From positions 2,208,001-2,272,000 of the forward strand of contig OZ251992.1 of the NCBI GenBank assembly GCA_965246885.1: a stretch of 64,000 bases of DNA, in the 5' to 3' direction. The notes beneath the pieces are model-generated. The model had not been told where the DNA came from. It saw nothing but the letters and a program-made list of their open reading frames with translations, and did not search any database. Positions 55,596 to 64,000 of this stretch are shown one piece after another (the first letter of the stretch is position 1; every line of letters starts with the position of its first letter). Made by a program: the position numbers and the translations under genes. The DNA is from Abditibacterium sp. GTDB lineage: Bacteria; Armatimonadota; Abditibacteriia; Abditibacteriales; Abditibacteriaceae.

Positions 55596-56300
55596 ATGCT
55601 GTCCATCCGTAACCTGCGCGTGCGCTACGGCCCCATCGAAGCCCTACACGACGTTTCACTCGACGTCGAAGAGGGCGAAGTGGTGACGCTGATTGGCTCC
55701 AACGGCGCGGGCAAAACGACGACGCTGGGCGCCATATCGGGCTTGCTGCCCTTGGCGGGCGGCTCGATTACCTTCGACGGGCGCGACATTTCCGCACTGC
55801 CCGCTCACAAGCGCGTGCCGCTTGGTCTGATTCAAGTCCCTGAAGGCCGCCGCATCTTCGGGACGATGAGCGTGGCCGAGAACCTCGACTTGGGCGCCTA
55901 CGCCCGCACCGACCGCGCCAACCTGCGCGCGGAACTGGACGAGGTCTATGCCCTCTTCCCCCGCTTGTTGGAGCGGCGCGGTCAAGCGGCGGGCACGATG
56001 AGCGGCGGCGAGCAGCAAATGCTCGCCGTTGGCCGCGCCCTGATGAGCCGCCCCAAACTGCTTCTGTTGGATGAGCCATCCCTTGGCCTTGCGCCTTTGC
56101 TGGTCAAAGAAATCTTCGCCGTCGTCAAACGCATCCGCGAGCGCGGCGTCACCGTCTTGCTCGTCGAGCAAAACGCGCACAAGGCCCTCGAAATCGCCGA
56201 CCGCGCCTACGTGTTGGAGACCGGCCACATCGCCATGAGCGGCAACGCCAAAGAGTTGGCCCGCGACCCACGCATCAAAGCCGCTTACTTGGGCGCTTGA
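55596..56300 (+). CDS. LivF-type ABC ATP-binding protein
   Basis: GSNGAGKTT, VPEGRRIF, MSGGEQQM and LLDEPSLGLAP. Confidence 0.92.
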   Translation: MLSIRNLRVRYGPIEALHDVSLDVEEGEVVTLIGSNGAGKTTTLGAISGLLPLAGGSITFDGRDISALPAHKRVPLGLIQVPEGRRIFGTMSVAENLDLGAYARTDRANLRAELDEVYALFPRLLERRGQAAGTMSGGEQQMLAVGRALMSRPKLLLLDEPSLGLAPLLVKEIFAVVKRIRERGVTVLLVEQNAHKALEIADRAYVLETGHIAMSGNAKELARDPRIKAAYLGA

Positions 56301-56312
56301 ATCCTTGAATCT

Positions 56313-57428
56313 ATGAAGCGCATTTTTTGGTTGTGGCCCCTTTGTTTGCTCCTGTCGGGCTGTTTCGATGTTTCGCCGGATGGCACAACCGTCGCCGTGT
56401 CGGGCATGCTTTGGCCGCAGACGTCCCAAACGCTTCGCGCAACGGAGCCAAAGCGCTCACATTATCCGATGTGGCTCGTCAAAACAAACGGAAGCGGGGC
56501 GCGTAAAGTCTCTGGCGGTGACAACGGTTTCTTTCCTGTGTTCTCGCCGGATGGCAAATGGCTGCTGTTCCGTGTGGCCTCGCCAAAGTCCTCCACAACC
56601 GACGGCTGGACTCTCGCCCGCAGCGATGGAGAAGCGCCTCGCGCTTTCGATTTCAGTGTCCCGCACGTTGTCCAAGCGGTCTGGAGCCGCGATTCGCGTT
56701 CAGTCTTTGGCTTTACCCTTGAAAGGGGTTCTATGGGAGGAGTTGACCACATCGTTAAACGAGACAAAGAGGGATTGCGTCCGGCGCAGAATTGGTCTTT
56801 GGGGAGCGTGAGCGTCGAGCCAAGCCCCTGCGCGTTTGAAACGGCCTCCAACGGTTTCGTGTTCTTGGGAAATAAACGCGGGCGCAGCGACCTCTACGCG
56901 CTGCAAAGAGAAGGCGTGCGCGCGCTCACATCAACGGGCGATGTCGTCGGTGCGGGCCAAAACGCGCGGGGCGATATTCTCTGGGCGCGCGTCGGTTCTG
57001 GGCTAAGTGGCGCGTCTATGCTTCGCTTGTTCCGACGGCGGGGAGCAACGGTCGAACAACTGCCGTTTGTTTTTCGCGGGTCAGCCCCAGTGGTTTCGCC
57101 GCGCGCACTCGGCGTTTATTTCAGCCCCGGAGGGGAGACGCTCATCGTGGCAGCAAATTACAAGGACGGAAATGGAAGCCGCTCGCTCGCCCACGAGATG
57201 AACCTTGACGGCTCCGGCTCCCACGAACTCTTGCGAGGGCCATACAAAAAGTTACCCGAACAAAGCGACCTTCCCGGCGAGTACTACGTCATTTTGCCGC
57301 GCTGGTCGGTAGACGGCAAAACGCTGTGCCTGTTTTCTGGCGGCACGCGCGAGGGAGGCGCGCTTCGCGTGGGCGACGGACACGGGCATCATCTCCTCGC
57401 ATTGCCGTTTCCAATCAACTACCCATGA
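56313..57428 (+). CDS. TolB-like beta-propeller lipoprotein
   Basis: Lipobox LSGC and repeated (F/W)SPDG motifs. Confidence 0.7.
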   Translation: MKRIFWLWPLCLLLSGCFDVSPDGTTVAVSGMLWPQTSQTLRATEPKRSHYPMWLVKTNGSGARKVSGGDNGFFPVFSPDGKWLLFRVASPKSSTTDGWTLARSDGEAPRAFDFSVPHVVQAVWSRDSRSVFGFTLERGSMGGVDHIVKRDKEGLRPAQNWSLGSVSVEPSPCAFETASNGFVFLGNKRGRSDLYALQREGVRALTSTGDVVGAGQNARGDILWARVGSGLSGASMLRLFRRRGATVEQLPFVFRGSAPVVSPRALGVYFSPGGETLIVAANYKDGNGSRSLAHEMNLDGSGSHELLRGPYKKLPEQSDLPGEYYVILPRWSVDGKTLCLFSGGTREGGALRVGDGHGHHLLALPFPINYP

Positions 57429-58240
57429 ATCTTAAACATCACCGTATCGGTCAAGGCCAGCCGCTTCTACTCATCGCGGGGCCGTGCATTGCGGAATCTC
57501 TCGAACTCTGCCGGACGGTCGCGGCGCATATGGCGCCGCTTTGCGCGGAGTTGGGCGTCAATTACGTGTTCAAAGCGTCGTTTGACAAGGCCAATCGCAC
57601 CAGCATCGCGGGCGGGCGCGGGCCGGGTTTGGGTGGGGGATTGGAAATTCTGGCCAGCATCAAGGCGGAGTTTGGCGTGCCGGTCACAACTGATGTCCAT
57701 GAGTCCTACCAAGCCGAGGTAGTGGCCCCCGTTGTGGACTTGTTGCAAATCCCGGCGTTCCTGTGCCGCCAAACTGATTTGCTGCTGGCCTGCGGTGAGC
57801 AGGCGGCGCGCTTTGGCGGGGCGGTCAACATTAAAAAGGGGCAGTTCCTCAAACCCGCAGGGATGGCGCACGCCCTCGCCAAAGTGCGCGCGGCGGGCTG
57901 CGAGAACGTGCTTCTCACTGAGCGCGGCACCACATTTGGCTACGACTCGCTTGTTGTGGACTTTCGCGGCTTGGAAATTATGCGCGAACTGGCTCCGGTG
58001 TGTTTCGACGCGACGCACTCAGTCCAGAACCCCGGCGGAGGGGGAGATAAGACGACGGGCGAGCGGCGTTTCGTGCCGGGACTGGTGCGCGCCGCGTGTG
58101 CCGTCGGCGTGGATGCCCTTTTCATCGAGACCCACCCCGACCCCTTAAATGCGCCCTCGGATGGGCCGAACATGGTGCCACTCGGAGAAATGCGCCAATT
58201 ATTGGAGCGCGCGCTTCAAATTCGGGACAACGCGGGTTGA
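57425..58240 (+). CDS. kdsA: KDO 8-phosphate synthase
   Basis: IAGPC, KASFDKANRTS, QIPAFLCRQTDL, NIKKGQF and FDATHSVQ. Confidence 0.97.
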   Translation: MNLKHHRIGQGQPLLLIAGPCIAESLELCRTVAAHMAPLCAELGVNYVFKASFDKANRTSIAGGRGPGLGGGLEILASIKAEFGVPVTTDVHESYQAEVVAPVVDLLQIPAFLCRQTDLLLACGEQAARFGGAVNIKKGQFLKPAGMAHALAKVRAAGCENVLLTERGTTFGYDSLVVDFRGLEIMRELAPVCFDATHSVQNPGGGGDKTTGERRFVPGLVRAACAVGVDALFIETHPDPLNAPSDGPNMVPLGEMRQLLERALQIRDNAG

Positions 58241-58300
58241 CAAGGGGCGCGGGGCGGGCAAACTGAAGGGTACTATTCGCAGCCCGCGCTTTTGACGTCC

Positions 58301-59794
58301 ATGCCCAACTCCAAGTCACGCCCTAAAACGCACTCCAAGTCCAAAGTCATCCGCAACCGCACCCCTGCCGCGCCGATACAAGTTCAGGCGAAGGTCGCCG
58401 CGCCCGCGTTCTCAGAAGCAAACGCCTCGCTCCAAAACGCAGGGCAGGCCGTGCACGAATCCATCGCAGCGCCCATTTCTCAAGCACTCCCGGAGCCGGA
58501 GGCCATGCCCGTCACTGCCAACGTCGCCGCCCCTGTGATTGTAGCCCCAAGAGTTCAAGGCGTGTTGCCGCGCGAGGTGGTGCGCGACGCGAGCGCTAAT
58601 CGTGGCGCTGCCCCCCAAACCACATCAAAAGCTAAGTTGCGCGCGGGTGGTTTCCGGCGCACGCGTCCGGCGGTGTGGCTGGGGGCTGGAGCGGGCGCCC
58701 TTCTGCTTGTGGCGGGCGGCGCGGCGGCGGGGGCTTATTCCAAGTTCGCCGCCAGCGAAATCATCGCGCCCAACGTCGCCATCGGCGGCGTTCCCGTTGG
58801 CGGACTTGCGCCCGAAGCCGCAAGCGCGCGCATCGCCTCGCACTTCAAGAACCCGCGCGTCTCCCTCTTGTGCGACGACAAACGGGTAACTGTGCCCCTG
58901 TCCCAACTGGGCGCCAAGTTGTCCATCGAGCCGACCGTTAAAAAAGCGCTTCTCATCGGGCGCGACGGCTTTTTGCCGGGGAACCTCTTGCGCGTTTATG
59001 GCGGCAACGGTGGCCAGAAGAGCTTCATGCTGCCCATCGAGTGGAACCGCTCTCAACTGGCCAACGGTCTGCACGCAGTGAACGCCCAAGTCGCCGTCGC
59101 GCCCGTCAATGCGCGCCTGCGCGCCGCGTCGGTTGGCTTGGAAGTGGTGCCCGACCATATGGGCCGCGCCCTCGACAGCGACGCCGCCGCGCACCTCTTG
59201 CAGCACAAACTGTTCGTCGGACTTCCCTCACTGCGCCTTCCCACCAAGAAAGTGGCGCCGAAAATCACGGCGCGCTCCTTGGATGGCCACGACGTGCAAC
59301 TCGCGCAGTACACGACGCGCTTCAACCCCGGTTTGGAAGGGCGCACGCAAAACATCCGCATCGCCTGCCGAGCCATTCAAAACCGCGTGCTCATGCCGGG
59401 AGATACCTTCTCGTTCAACGCGTGCACCGGCGAAAGGACGGCGCGCAAGGGCTACCAAATGGCGCACATCTTTTTGCGACAACCCGGCGAGGACGAGCCG
59501 GAAGTCGTCGAAGGTCTGGCGGGCGGCGTGTGTCAGGTTTCCTCGACCCTCTTCAACGCGGTTCGTAAAACCAACGCGGGGGCCGACACGCGCGCCATCA
59601 AAATCGTCGAGCGCAACACCCACTCCCTGCCCGTCACTTATGTTCCGCCGGGGTTGGACGCGACCGTCGCGTGGCCCTACAAAGATTTGAAATTTAAGAA
59701 CGTTACCGATCATCCGGTGTATCTGCGCACGCAGATGGGCCGCTCGAAGCTGTCCATTTCCCTTTGGGGCCGCATCGCGCGCGACGGCGCTTGA
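58301..59794 (+). CDS. VanW-family protein with PG-binding domain
   Basis: TM, R..NI, PGDTFSFN, GGVCQVSSTLFNA and YVPPGLDATV. Confidence 0.9.
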   Translation: MPNSKSRPKTHSKSKVIRNRTPAAPIQVQAKVAAPAFSEANASLQNAGQAVHESIAAPISQALPEPEAMPVTANVAAPVIVAPRVQGVLPREVVRDASANRGAAPQTTSKAKLRAGGFRRTRPAVWLGAGAGALLLVAGGAAAGAYSKFAASEIIAPNVAIGGVPVGGLAPEAASARIASHFKNPRVSLLCDDKRVTVPLSQLGAKLSIEPTVKKALLIGRDGFLPGNLLRVYGGNGGQKSFMLPIEWNRSQLANGLHAVNAQVAVAPVNARLRAASVGLEVVPDHMGRALDSDAAAHLLQHKLFVGLPSLRLPTKKVAPKITARSLDGHDVQLAQYTTRFNPGLEGRTQNIRIACRAIQNRVLMPGDTFSFNACTGERTARKGYQMAHIFLRQPGEDEPEVVEGLAGGVCQVSSTLFNAVRKTNAGADTRAIKIVERNTHSLPVTYVPPGLDATVAWPYKDLKFKNVTDHPVYLRTQMGRSKLSISLWGRIARDGA

Positions 59795-59919
59795 TGCGCG
59801 CCACCCGTCCGCCCATGCGCGCCACCCGAAGAATGACATGCACCATTCCTCCGCCCATGCGCGCCACCCGAAGAATTAGGTGGGCGGATGGAAGAATTAA
59901 CTAACTGATGCCCGAATTA
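59794..59919. repeat. 21-bp tandem repeat (ATGCGCGCCACCCG core)
   Basis: Units at 59794, 59815, 59836, 59857 and 59878, with alternating TCCGCCC/AAGAAT(G/T) tails. Confidence 0.8.
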
Positions 59920-59939
59920 AGCGCGTCGTCGGCTCACCC

Positions 59940-60848
59940 ATGCTATTTCCTGTTGTTATTGTCAACCCCGCCGCCGGACGGGGCGCGCGCTTGTGGCCGC
60001 GCTACGGGGCGCAGCTACGGCAACGCGGCGCCCGCATTTGCGCCACGACGCGGGCGGGGGACGCGCGGGAGTTGGCGCTGCGCGCCATCGCAGAAGGAAG
60101 CAAGTATTTAGTGGCGGCGGGGGGCGATGGGACACTGGGAGAAGTGGCGGGCGCAATTCTCGAATCAGGGCAGGCGGTGCGTTTGGGCGTGCTTCCCATT
60201 GGCACGGGCAACGATTTCGCGCGGACGCTCGGAGTCTGGGGCGCGCCGGAAAGGGCACTGGAGGCCATCTTCGGCGATGCGGTGCGGCGCGTGGACGCGG
60301 GTATAATCGAATGTGATGGAAAAACGCGGGCGTTTGTAAATGTGGCGGGGTGCGGCTTCGATTCCCTCGCGGCGCGGCGTATCAACGAGTGGGGACAACG
60401 GAAGACGATGCGCCACGTGCGCGGTTTGGGCGCGTATTTATTGGCGGTGGCGTGCGAGATGGCCCATTTTCGGGCGTTTGATTTGGCGCTGGAATTAGAC
60501 GGGGAAGCGTTGGAAACTCGCGCCGTCTTGTGTGCGGTTGCGAACGCGCGCTCGTATGGCGGTGGGATGATGGTGTGTCCCGACGCGCAGTTGGACGACG
60601 GCTTATTCGACGTGTGCATCATCGGCGACGCGAGTCGGGCGGAATTTCTGCGCGCGTTTCCGGGCGTTTTCGCGGGAAAGCACACGTCGCACCCGAAGGT
60701 GTTGATGCGCCAGTGTCGGAAGGTGCACGTCCAAGCGACGCAACGGGTGCCGGTGTTGGCGGATGGGGAGATCGTCGGGGAGGCACCGTTTGGATGCGAA
60801 GTGATACCGGGGGCGCTCGAAATGAGTGTTTTTGGCGGGAGGGGCTGA
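59940..60848 (+). CDS. Diacylglycerol/lipid kinase (YegS/DAGK family)
   Basis: NPAAG, GGDGT, PIGTGNDFAR, YGGG and DGE. Confidence 0.93.
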   Translation: MLFPVVIVNPAAGRGARLWPRYGAQLRQRGARICATTRAGDARELALRAIAEGSKYLVAAGGDGTLGEVAGAILESGQAVRLGVLPIGTGNDFARTLGVWGAPERALEAIFGDAVRRVDAGIIECDGKTRAFVNVAGCGFDSLAARRINEWGQRKTMRHVRGLGAYLLAVACEMAHFRAFDLALELDGEALETRAVLCAVANARSYGGGMMVCPDAQLDDGLFDVCIIGDASRAEFLRAFPGVFAGKHTSHPKVLMRQCRKVHVQATQRVPVLADGEIVGEAPFGCEVIPGALEMSVFGGRG

Positions 60849-60873
60849 CAAAGGAGTGCGGACGCGGTAAAAT
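60845..60873 (+). promoter_or_regulatory. Sigma70-type promoter of the tRNA-Ser/SRP operon
   Basis: CTGACA-17 nt-TAAAAT. Confidence 0.65.
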
Positions 60874-60906
60874 GTCTTCGCGCTTCGCTGGAGGCGCGCA
60901 AAAAAT

Positions 60907-60993
60907 GGACAGGTGGCCGAGTGGTTGAAGGCAACGGTCTCGAAAACCGTCATACGGGCAACCGTATCGAGAGTTCGAATCTCTCCCTGTCTG
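60907..60993 (+). tRNA. tRNA-Ser(CGA)
   Basis: GGACAGGTGGCCGAGTGG, CTCGAAA anticodon loop, long variable arm, GTTCGAATC, G73. Confidence 0.95.
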
Positions 60994-61074
60994 TTTCAAA
61001 CGTGGAAAGCGGAAGTGGGAACGAGGAAAAGAGTTGTTTTTTCCGCGTTCCCACTTCCCCGTTGCGCGTTTAAA

Positions 61075-61159
61075 GGACAGGTGTCCGAGTGGTCGAAGGA
61101 GCACGATTGGAAATCGTGTAGGTGTAACAGCCTCGAGGGTTCGAATCCCTCTCTGTCCG
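61075..61159 (+). tRNA. tRNA-Ser(GGA)
   Basis: GGACAGGTGTCCGAGTGG, TTGGAAA anticodon loop, GGTTCGAATCC, G73. Confidence 0.95.
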
Positions 61160-61160
61160 G

Positions 61161-61433
61161 TGGGTCGCGCTAAGTGGGGAGATAGCGGTGCCCTGCATCT
61201 GCAATCCGCTCAGCAGAACTGAATTCTTTTGCCCCGGCCCGCGTTTGTGGGGCCGCGCGGGTGGGGAAACGTTGATGAATGGGCCTCGTGCGACGGTGCT
61301 CTGTGAACCCCGCCAGGGCCGGAAGGCAGCAACGGTAAGCAATCGGTGTCGTGCGCCGCGAGAATCCTGCTCTGAGTTTTTCCCGCCCGTTTCCGCCCGG
61401 AAACGTGGGGTCAAAGCGAGAGTGCGCGACCCA
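61161..61433 (+). ncRNA. ffs: Large (Alu-containing) SRP RNA
   Basis: Terminal helix TGGGTCGCGC/GCGCGACCCA, Alu-like GGGGAGATAGCGGTGCCCTG...GCAATCCGC, helix 8 CAGGGCCGGAAGGCAGCA. Confidence 0.93.
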
Positions 61434-61447
61434 GTGCCCTTGTAAAT

Positions 61448-61482
61448 AAAAGCGCCCGCGACACATTGTCGCGGGCGCTTTT
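61448..61482. terminator. Bidirectional terminator after SRP RNA
   Basis: AAAAGCGCCCGCGACA...TGTCGCGGGCGCTTTT. Confidence 0.8.
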
Positions 61483-61529
61483 GGAGTTTTTAGAAGTCAT
61501 TCCCCGCTTCTGCGGCACCCTGCCCCGTT

Positions 61530-62921
61530 TTAGCGGCGCGTTCTGCGGGGGGCGCCCCCCTCTTCGTGGTCGTGATGTTCCGATTTAGCTTCGCGTTCAG
61601 ACGGCGCGGTTCTGCGCGGAGTCAGCCACCCTAAACCGCGTGGAAACGAGCGCACGAGGGGTTGCGGCTGCAAGCGGGGCGAGCTTGGTTCAGAGCGCGG
61701 CGACTCCATCGGTCTGTCCACCCTCGGACGCCCGACGAGGATTTCCCGCCTTGGGCGCGGCTCCTCGGTGGGATGAAAGGGGCGGCGGTCGTCTCGACGC
61801 GGCTCAAGGGGTGGCAAAGCGCCGACCGGATCATGGCGCCCAACATCAGGGCCGAGCCGCGACGGGCGAAACGGAGCGCCATCGCCAAAATGCTCAATGG
61901 GCGGGCGCTCATCGGGACGCACTTCGGGGCGATACTCGCGGTGGCGGTCACGCTCCCAATCGTCGTCATCGCGGTGCTGAGGGCGCTCCTCGTAAAAGCG
62001 CGGGCGCTCCGACCACAAGGGCACGAGCGGACAACCGTAGTAATCGAAGGGGTCAACCGTCACCCAGATGGGACGCTCAACGACGACGGAGTAATCGGGG
62101 TAGTAGCTGCGCGGCGCGGCACTGACTTCCGGGCGCCATCCGTAGTAGTCGGGCGCGACCGAGCGGTGCGTTTCAAGGTAGCGCAAGCGCACACGGGTGT
62201 AGTTGTCGGGGTCGGGGAAAGAAACAGCGCGCTCCAAGCGGACGCCGAGGGTGGTATCCGGGGCGATTTGGGCGTCCTCGCCGTGTCGTCCTTGCGAACG
62301 CGCGTAAAGATACGCGCCGGTCGCGCCCAAGATGGTGGGCAGTAGGGAGCGCGTCTTGAGCAAGCGGCCCAAGACGAATCCTGCGCCGCCGCCGATGCCG
62401 ATAGCTTGCCACGCATTGACGCGCTCCGTGTCGCGGGCGATGAGACGGCCGCCCCGGTCAACGACTGAGCGGGAATCGAGCGAAGCGATGAAGCCGTGTA
62501 GGGGAACGTCCGTCCCGTCGGGCAAAAGGGCCGATTGAAAGTCCACGTCCAACACGCCGGGGGTGGCACCATAGGCGGGTTGCGCAACGGACACTACGCC
62601 GCCCAAGCGGGTGCCGGGCGGAAATTCGGAATCGCCCGCCACGCGGGAGATGGGCGTCGCCGTCACGATGTCGCCCACGCGCGCAAAGCGCGAGGACAGT
62701 TGGTGGTCGAGGATGACGGGCACAATCACGCCTGCGGGAACAGTCAGGGTGCCCTCAGCGACCGGCTGCGCGTCGCGGTTCCATACGCGCGACCAGTCGG
62801 GATGCAACTCCTGCGCGCGCGCCGACGCCGCGCCCGATAGCGCCAACGGCACAAGCAAGCACCAGAGCGCCCGATGTAAAAGGAAGTGGGGAGAAGCGAA
62901 GACGCGGGAGTGGTGGGACAT
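61530..62921 (-). CDS. Exported hypothetical protein (TrbI-like beta domain, glycine zipper, disordered C-tail)
   Basis: Signal peptide, VPAGVIVPVILDHQLSS...VGD, IGIGGGAGFVLG and a Pro/Arg-rich tail. Confidence 0.65.
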   Translation of the reverse strand: MSHHSRVFASPHFLLHRALWCLLVPLALSGAASARAQELHPDWSRVWNRDAQPVAEGTLTVPAGVIVPVILDHQLSSRFARVGDIVTATPISRVAGDSEFPPGTRLGGVVSVAQPAYGATPGVLDVDFQSALLPDGTDVPLHGFIASLDSRSVVDRGGRLIARDTERVNAWQAIGIGGGAGFVLGRLLKTRSLLPTILGATGAYLYARSQGRHGEDAQIAPDTTLGVRLERAVSFPDPDNYTRVRLRYLETHRSVAPDYYGWRPEVSAAPRSYYPDYSVVVERPIWVTVDPFDYYGCPLVPLWSERPRFYEERPQHRDDDDWERDRHREYRPEVRPDERPPIEHFGDGAPFRPSRLGPDVGRHDPVGALPPLEPRRDDRRPFHPTEEPRPRREILVGRPRVDRPMESPRSEPSSPRLQPQPLVRSFPRGLGWLTPRRTAPSEREAKSEHHDHEEGGAPRRTRR

Positions 62922-63003
62922 GGCGAAGCTGAAAACGGGGCGGTCAGGGCGCCTCTGGCGCCCTGACGTGCGGCAAACGCAGAAGTTCAAAACAATCGCT
63001 GCC

Positions 63004-63032
63004 TTGACGGATGGGCCGCGTTCGATTATTCT
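63004..63032 (+). promoter_or_regulatory. Sigma70-type promoter of tRNA-Ala
   Basis: TTGACG-17 nt-TATTCT. Confidence 0.65.
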
Positions 63033-63066
63033 TTTCCGTGCCGTTTGCAAAGTCGGCGCAGTAGAA

Positions 63067-63139
63067 GGGTCTGTGGCGCAGTTGGTAGCGCGCCTCGTTC
63101 GCATCGAGGAGGTCAGGAGTTCGAATCTCCTCAGATCCA
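63067..63139 (+). tRNA. tRNA-Ala(CGC)
   Basis: GGGTCTG/CAGATCC acceptor with G3-U70, anticodon arm CCTCG-TTCGCAT-CGAGG, A73. Confidence 0.95.
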
Positions 63140-63175
63140 TTCCCCAAAGTCCGCTTCCCCCGAAGCGGGCTTTTG

Positions 63176-63631
63176 CTATTGCTGCTTCACCGGGGGCGCG
63201 GCTTCGGGCGGCTTGGGTGGTGGGAGCAACAAATACGTCCCCACCAGAATAAACACAAGACCCACGCCGCCTTTCCACGTCAGCCGCTCGTGCAGAAACG
63301 CCGCCGCGAGCAGCACCGTGAGCGGCAGGGACAGCTTATCGAGCGGCGCCACGACCGACGCGGGGCCTTCTTGGAGGGCGCGGTAGTAGCACATCCACGA
63401 TAGTCCCGTTGCGACGCCCGACAGCACCAGAAAGAGGAGCGTCGTACGCGATATGCCCGCCAGCGCCGCGTTTTCGCCGCGCGCAAACACCAGTCCCCAT
63501 GCCAACACCAGAATGACGACGGTGCGAATCGCCGTCGCCAAGTTCGACGGCACGCCTTGCACGCCCAGCTTCCCCAGTATCGCCGTCAGCGCCGCAAAAA
63601 ACGCCGACCCCAACGCAAACCATTTCCACAT
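63176..63631 (-). CDS. EamA/DMT-family transporter (single domain)
   Basis: FAALTAILGKLG, SNLATAIRT, SWMCYYRAL and VVAPLDKLS. Confidence 0.92.
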   Translation of the reverse strand: MWKWFALGSAFFAALTAILGKLGVQGVPSNLATAIRTVVILVLAWGLVFARGENAALAGISRTTLLFLVLSGVATGLSWMCYYRALQEGPASVVAPLDKLSLPLTVLLAAAFLHERLTWKGGVGLVFILVGTYLLLPPPKPPEAAPPVKQQ

Positions 63632-63652
63632 AGCGGGCAGTTTGACGGGGCG

Positions 63653-64000
63653 CTAAAAAGCGGGGCCGGGCTTGATGTGCTGATACTCAACTCCGGGAGC
63701 GGGCATCGGACGTTGCGGCGGCCCGTCATAGGCCTCAACGCCATTCGTGGGGTGCGGCAATTCAACGGAGTTAAGCAGCCGGAGCGTCTTCTTGTCGAAC
63801 TGCATGAGTGTGTTGCCGCGCAGGATGAACAAATATGCGCCATCGGCGAGCATGGTGACGGGCGGCTGGGGCGGGGCTTGCATCGGCGCGGGGATGGGAG
63901 ACTCCGGCCCGAACGACCCCGGCCCCGAATAACCAAATCCACCACTAAAGCCCCCTCCGCCACCACCAAGGCCACCATCGCCGCCACGATGCGGATTGTG
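63653..64000 (-). CDS. Hypothetical Gly/Pro-rich protein, 5'-partial
   Basis: Frame open to the window end. Small beta motif TMLADGAYLFILRGNTLMQFDKKTL. Confidence 0.6.
   Translation of the reverse strand, partial: HNPHRGGDGGLGGGGGGFSGGFGYSGPGSFGPESPIPAPMQAPPQPPVTMLADGAYLFILRGNTLMQFDKKTLRLLNSVELPHPTNGVEAYDGPPQRPMPAPGVEYQHIKPGPAF

Noticed and set aside
62922..63278. N-terminal extension of the 582-aa ORF
   Set aside because: It overlaps tRNA-Ala and the EamA gene. The signal peptide supports a start at 62921.

Overview
GC-rich bacterial chromosomal window made up mostly of housekeeping genes. A prepilin-type/DUF1559 gene, kdsA (LPS), a large Alu-type SRP RNA, a RicT/PSP1 gene and the RNA polymerase insertion pattern suggest a diderm Terrabacterium, most likely Armatimonadota/Abditibacteriota (inference). 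It contains an RND efflux pair, dut, secDF, tatC, mutY, metG, rpoBC, metF, lysS, coaD, kdsA, four tRNAs, tmRNA and SRP RNA. Best candidates for new biology: (1) a His/Cys-rich membrane-anchored leader ending in RGPP, followed by a hairpin that hides the ribosome-binding site of a redoxin / CACGC-barrel / TlpA operon, i.e. a putative metal-sensing ribosome-arrest switch (16161-18773); (2) a lower-GC two-gene coiled-coil cassette between rpoB and rpoC; (3) a ~49-aa apparently helical insertion in the RNA polymerase trigger loop; (4) degenerate 21-bp-period palindrome arrays, one translated in frame inside tatC; (5) many genes with a -10 box 6-9 nt before the start codon (leaderless architecture). 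No CRISPR array, prophage or IS element was seen. All calls come from reading motifs by eye; no searches were run.
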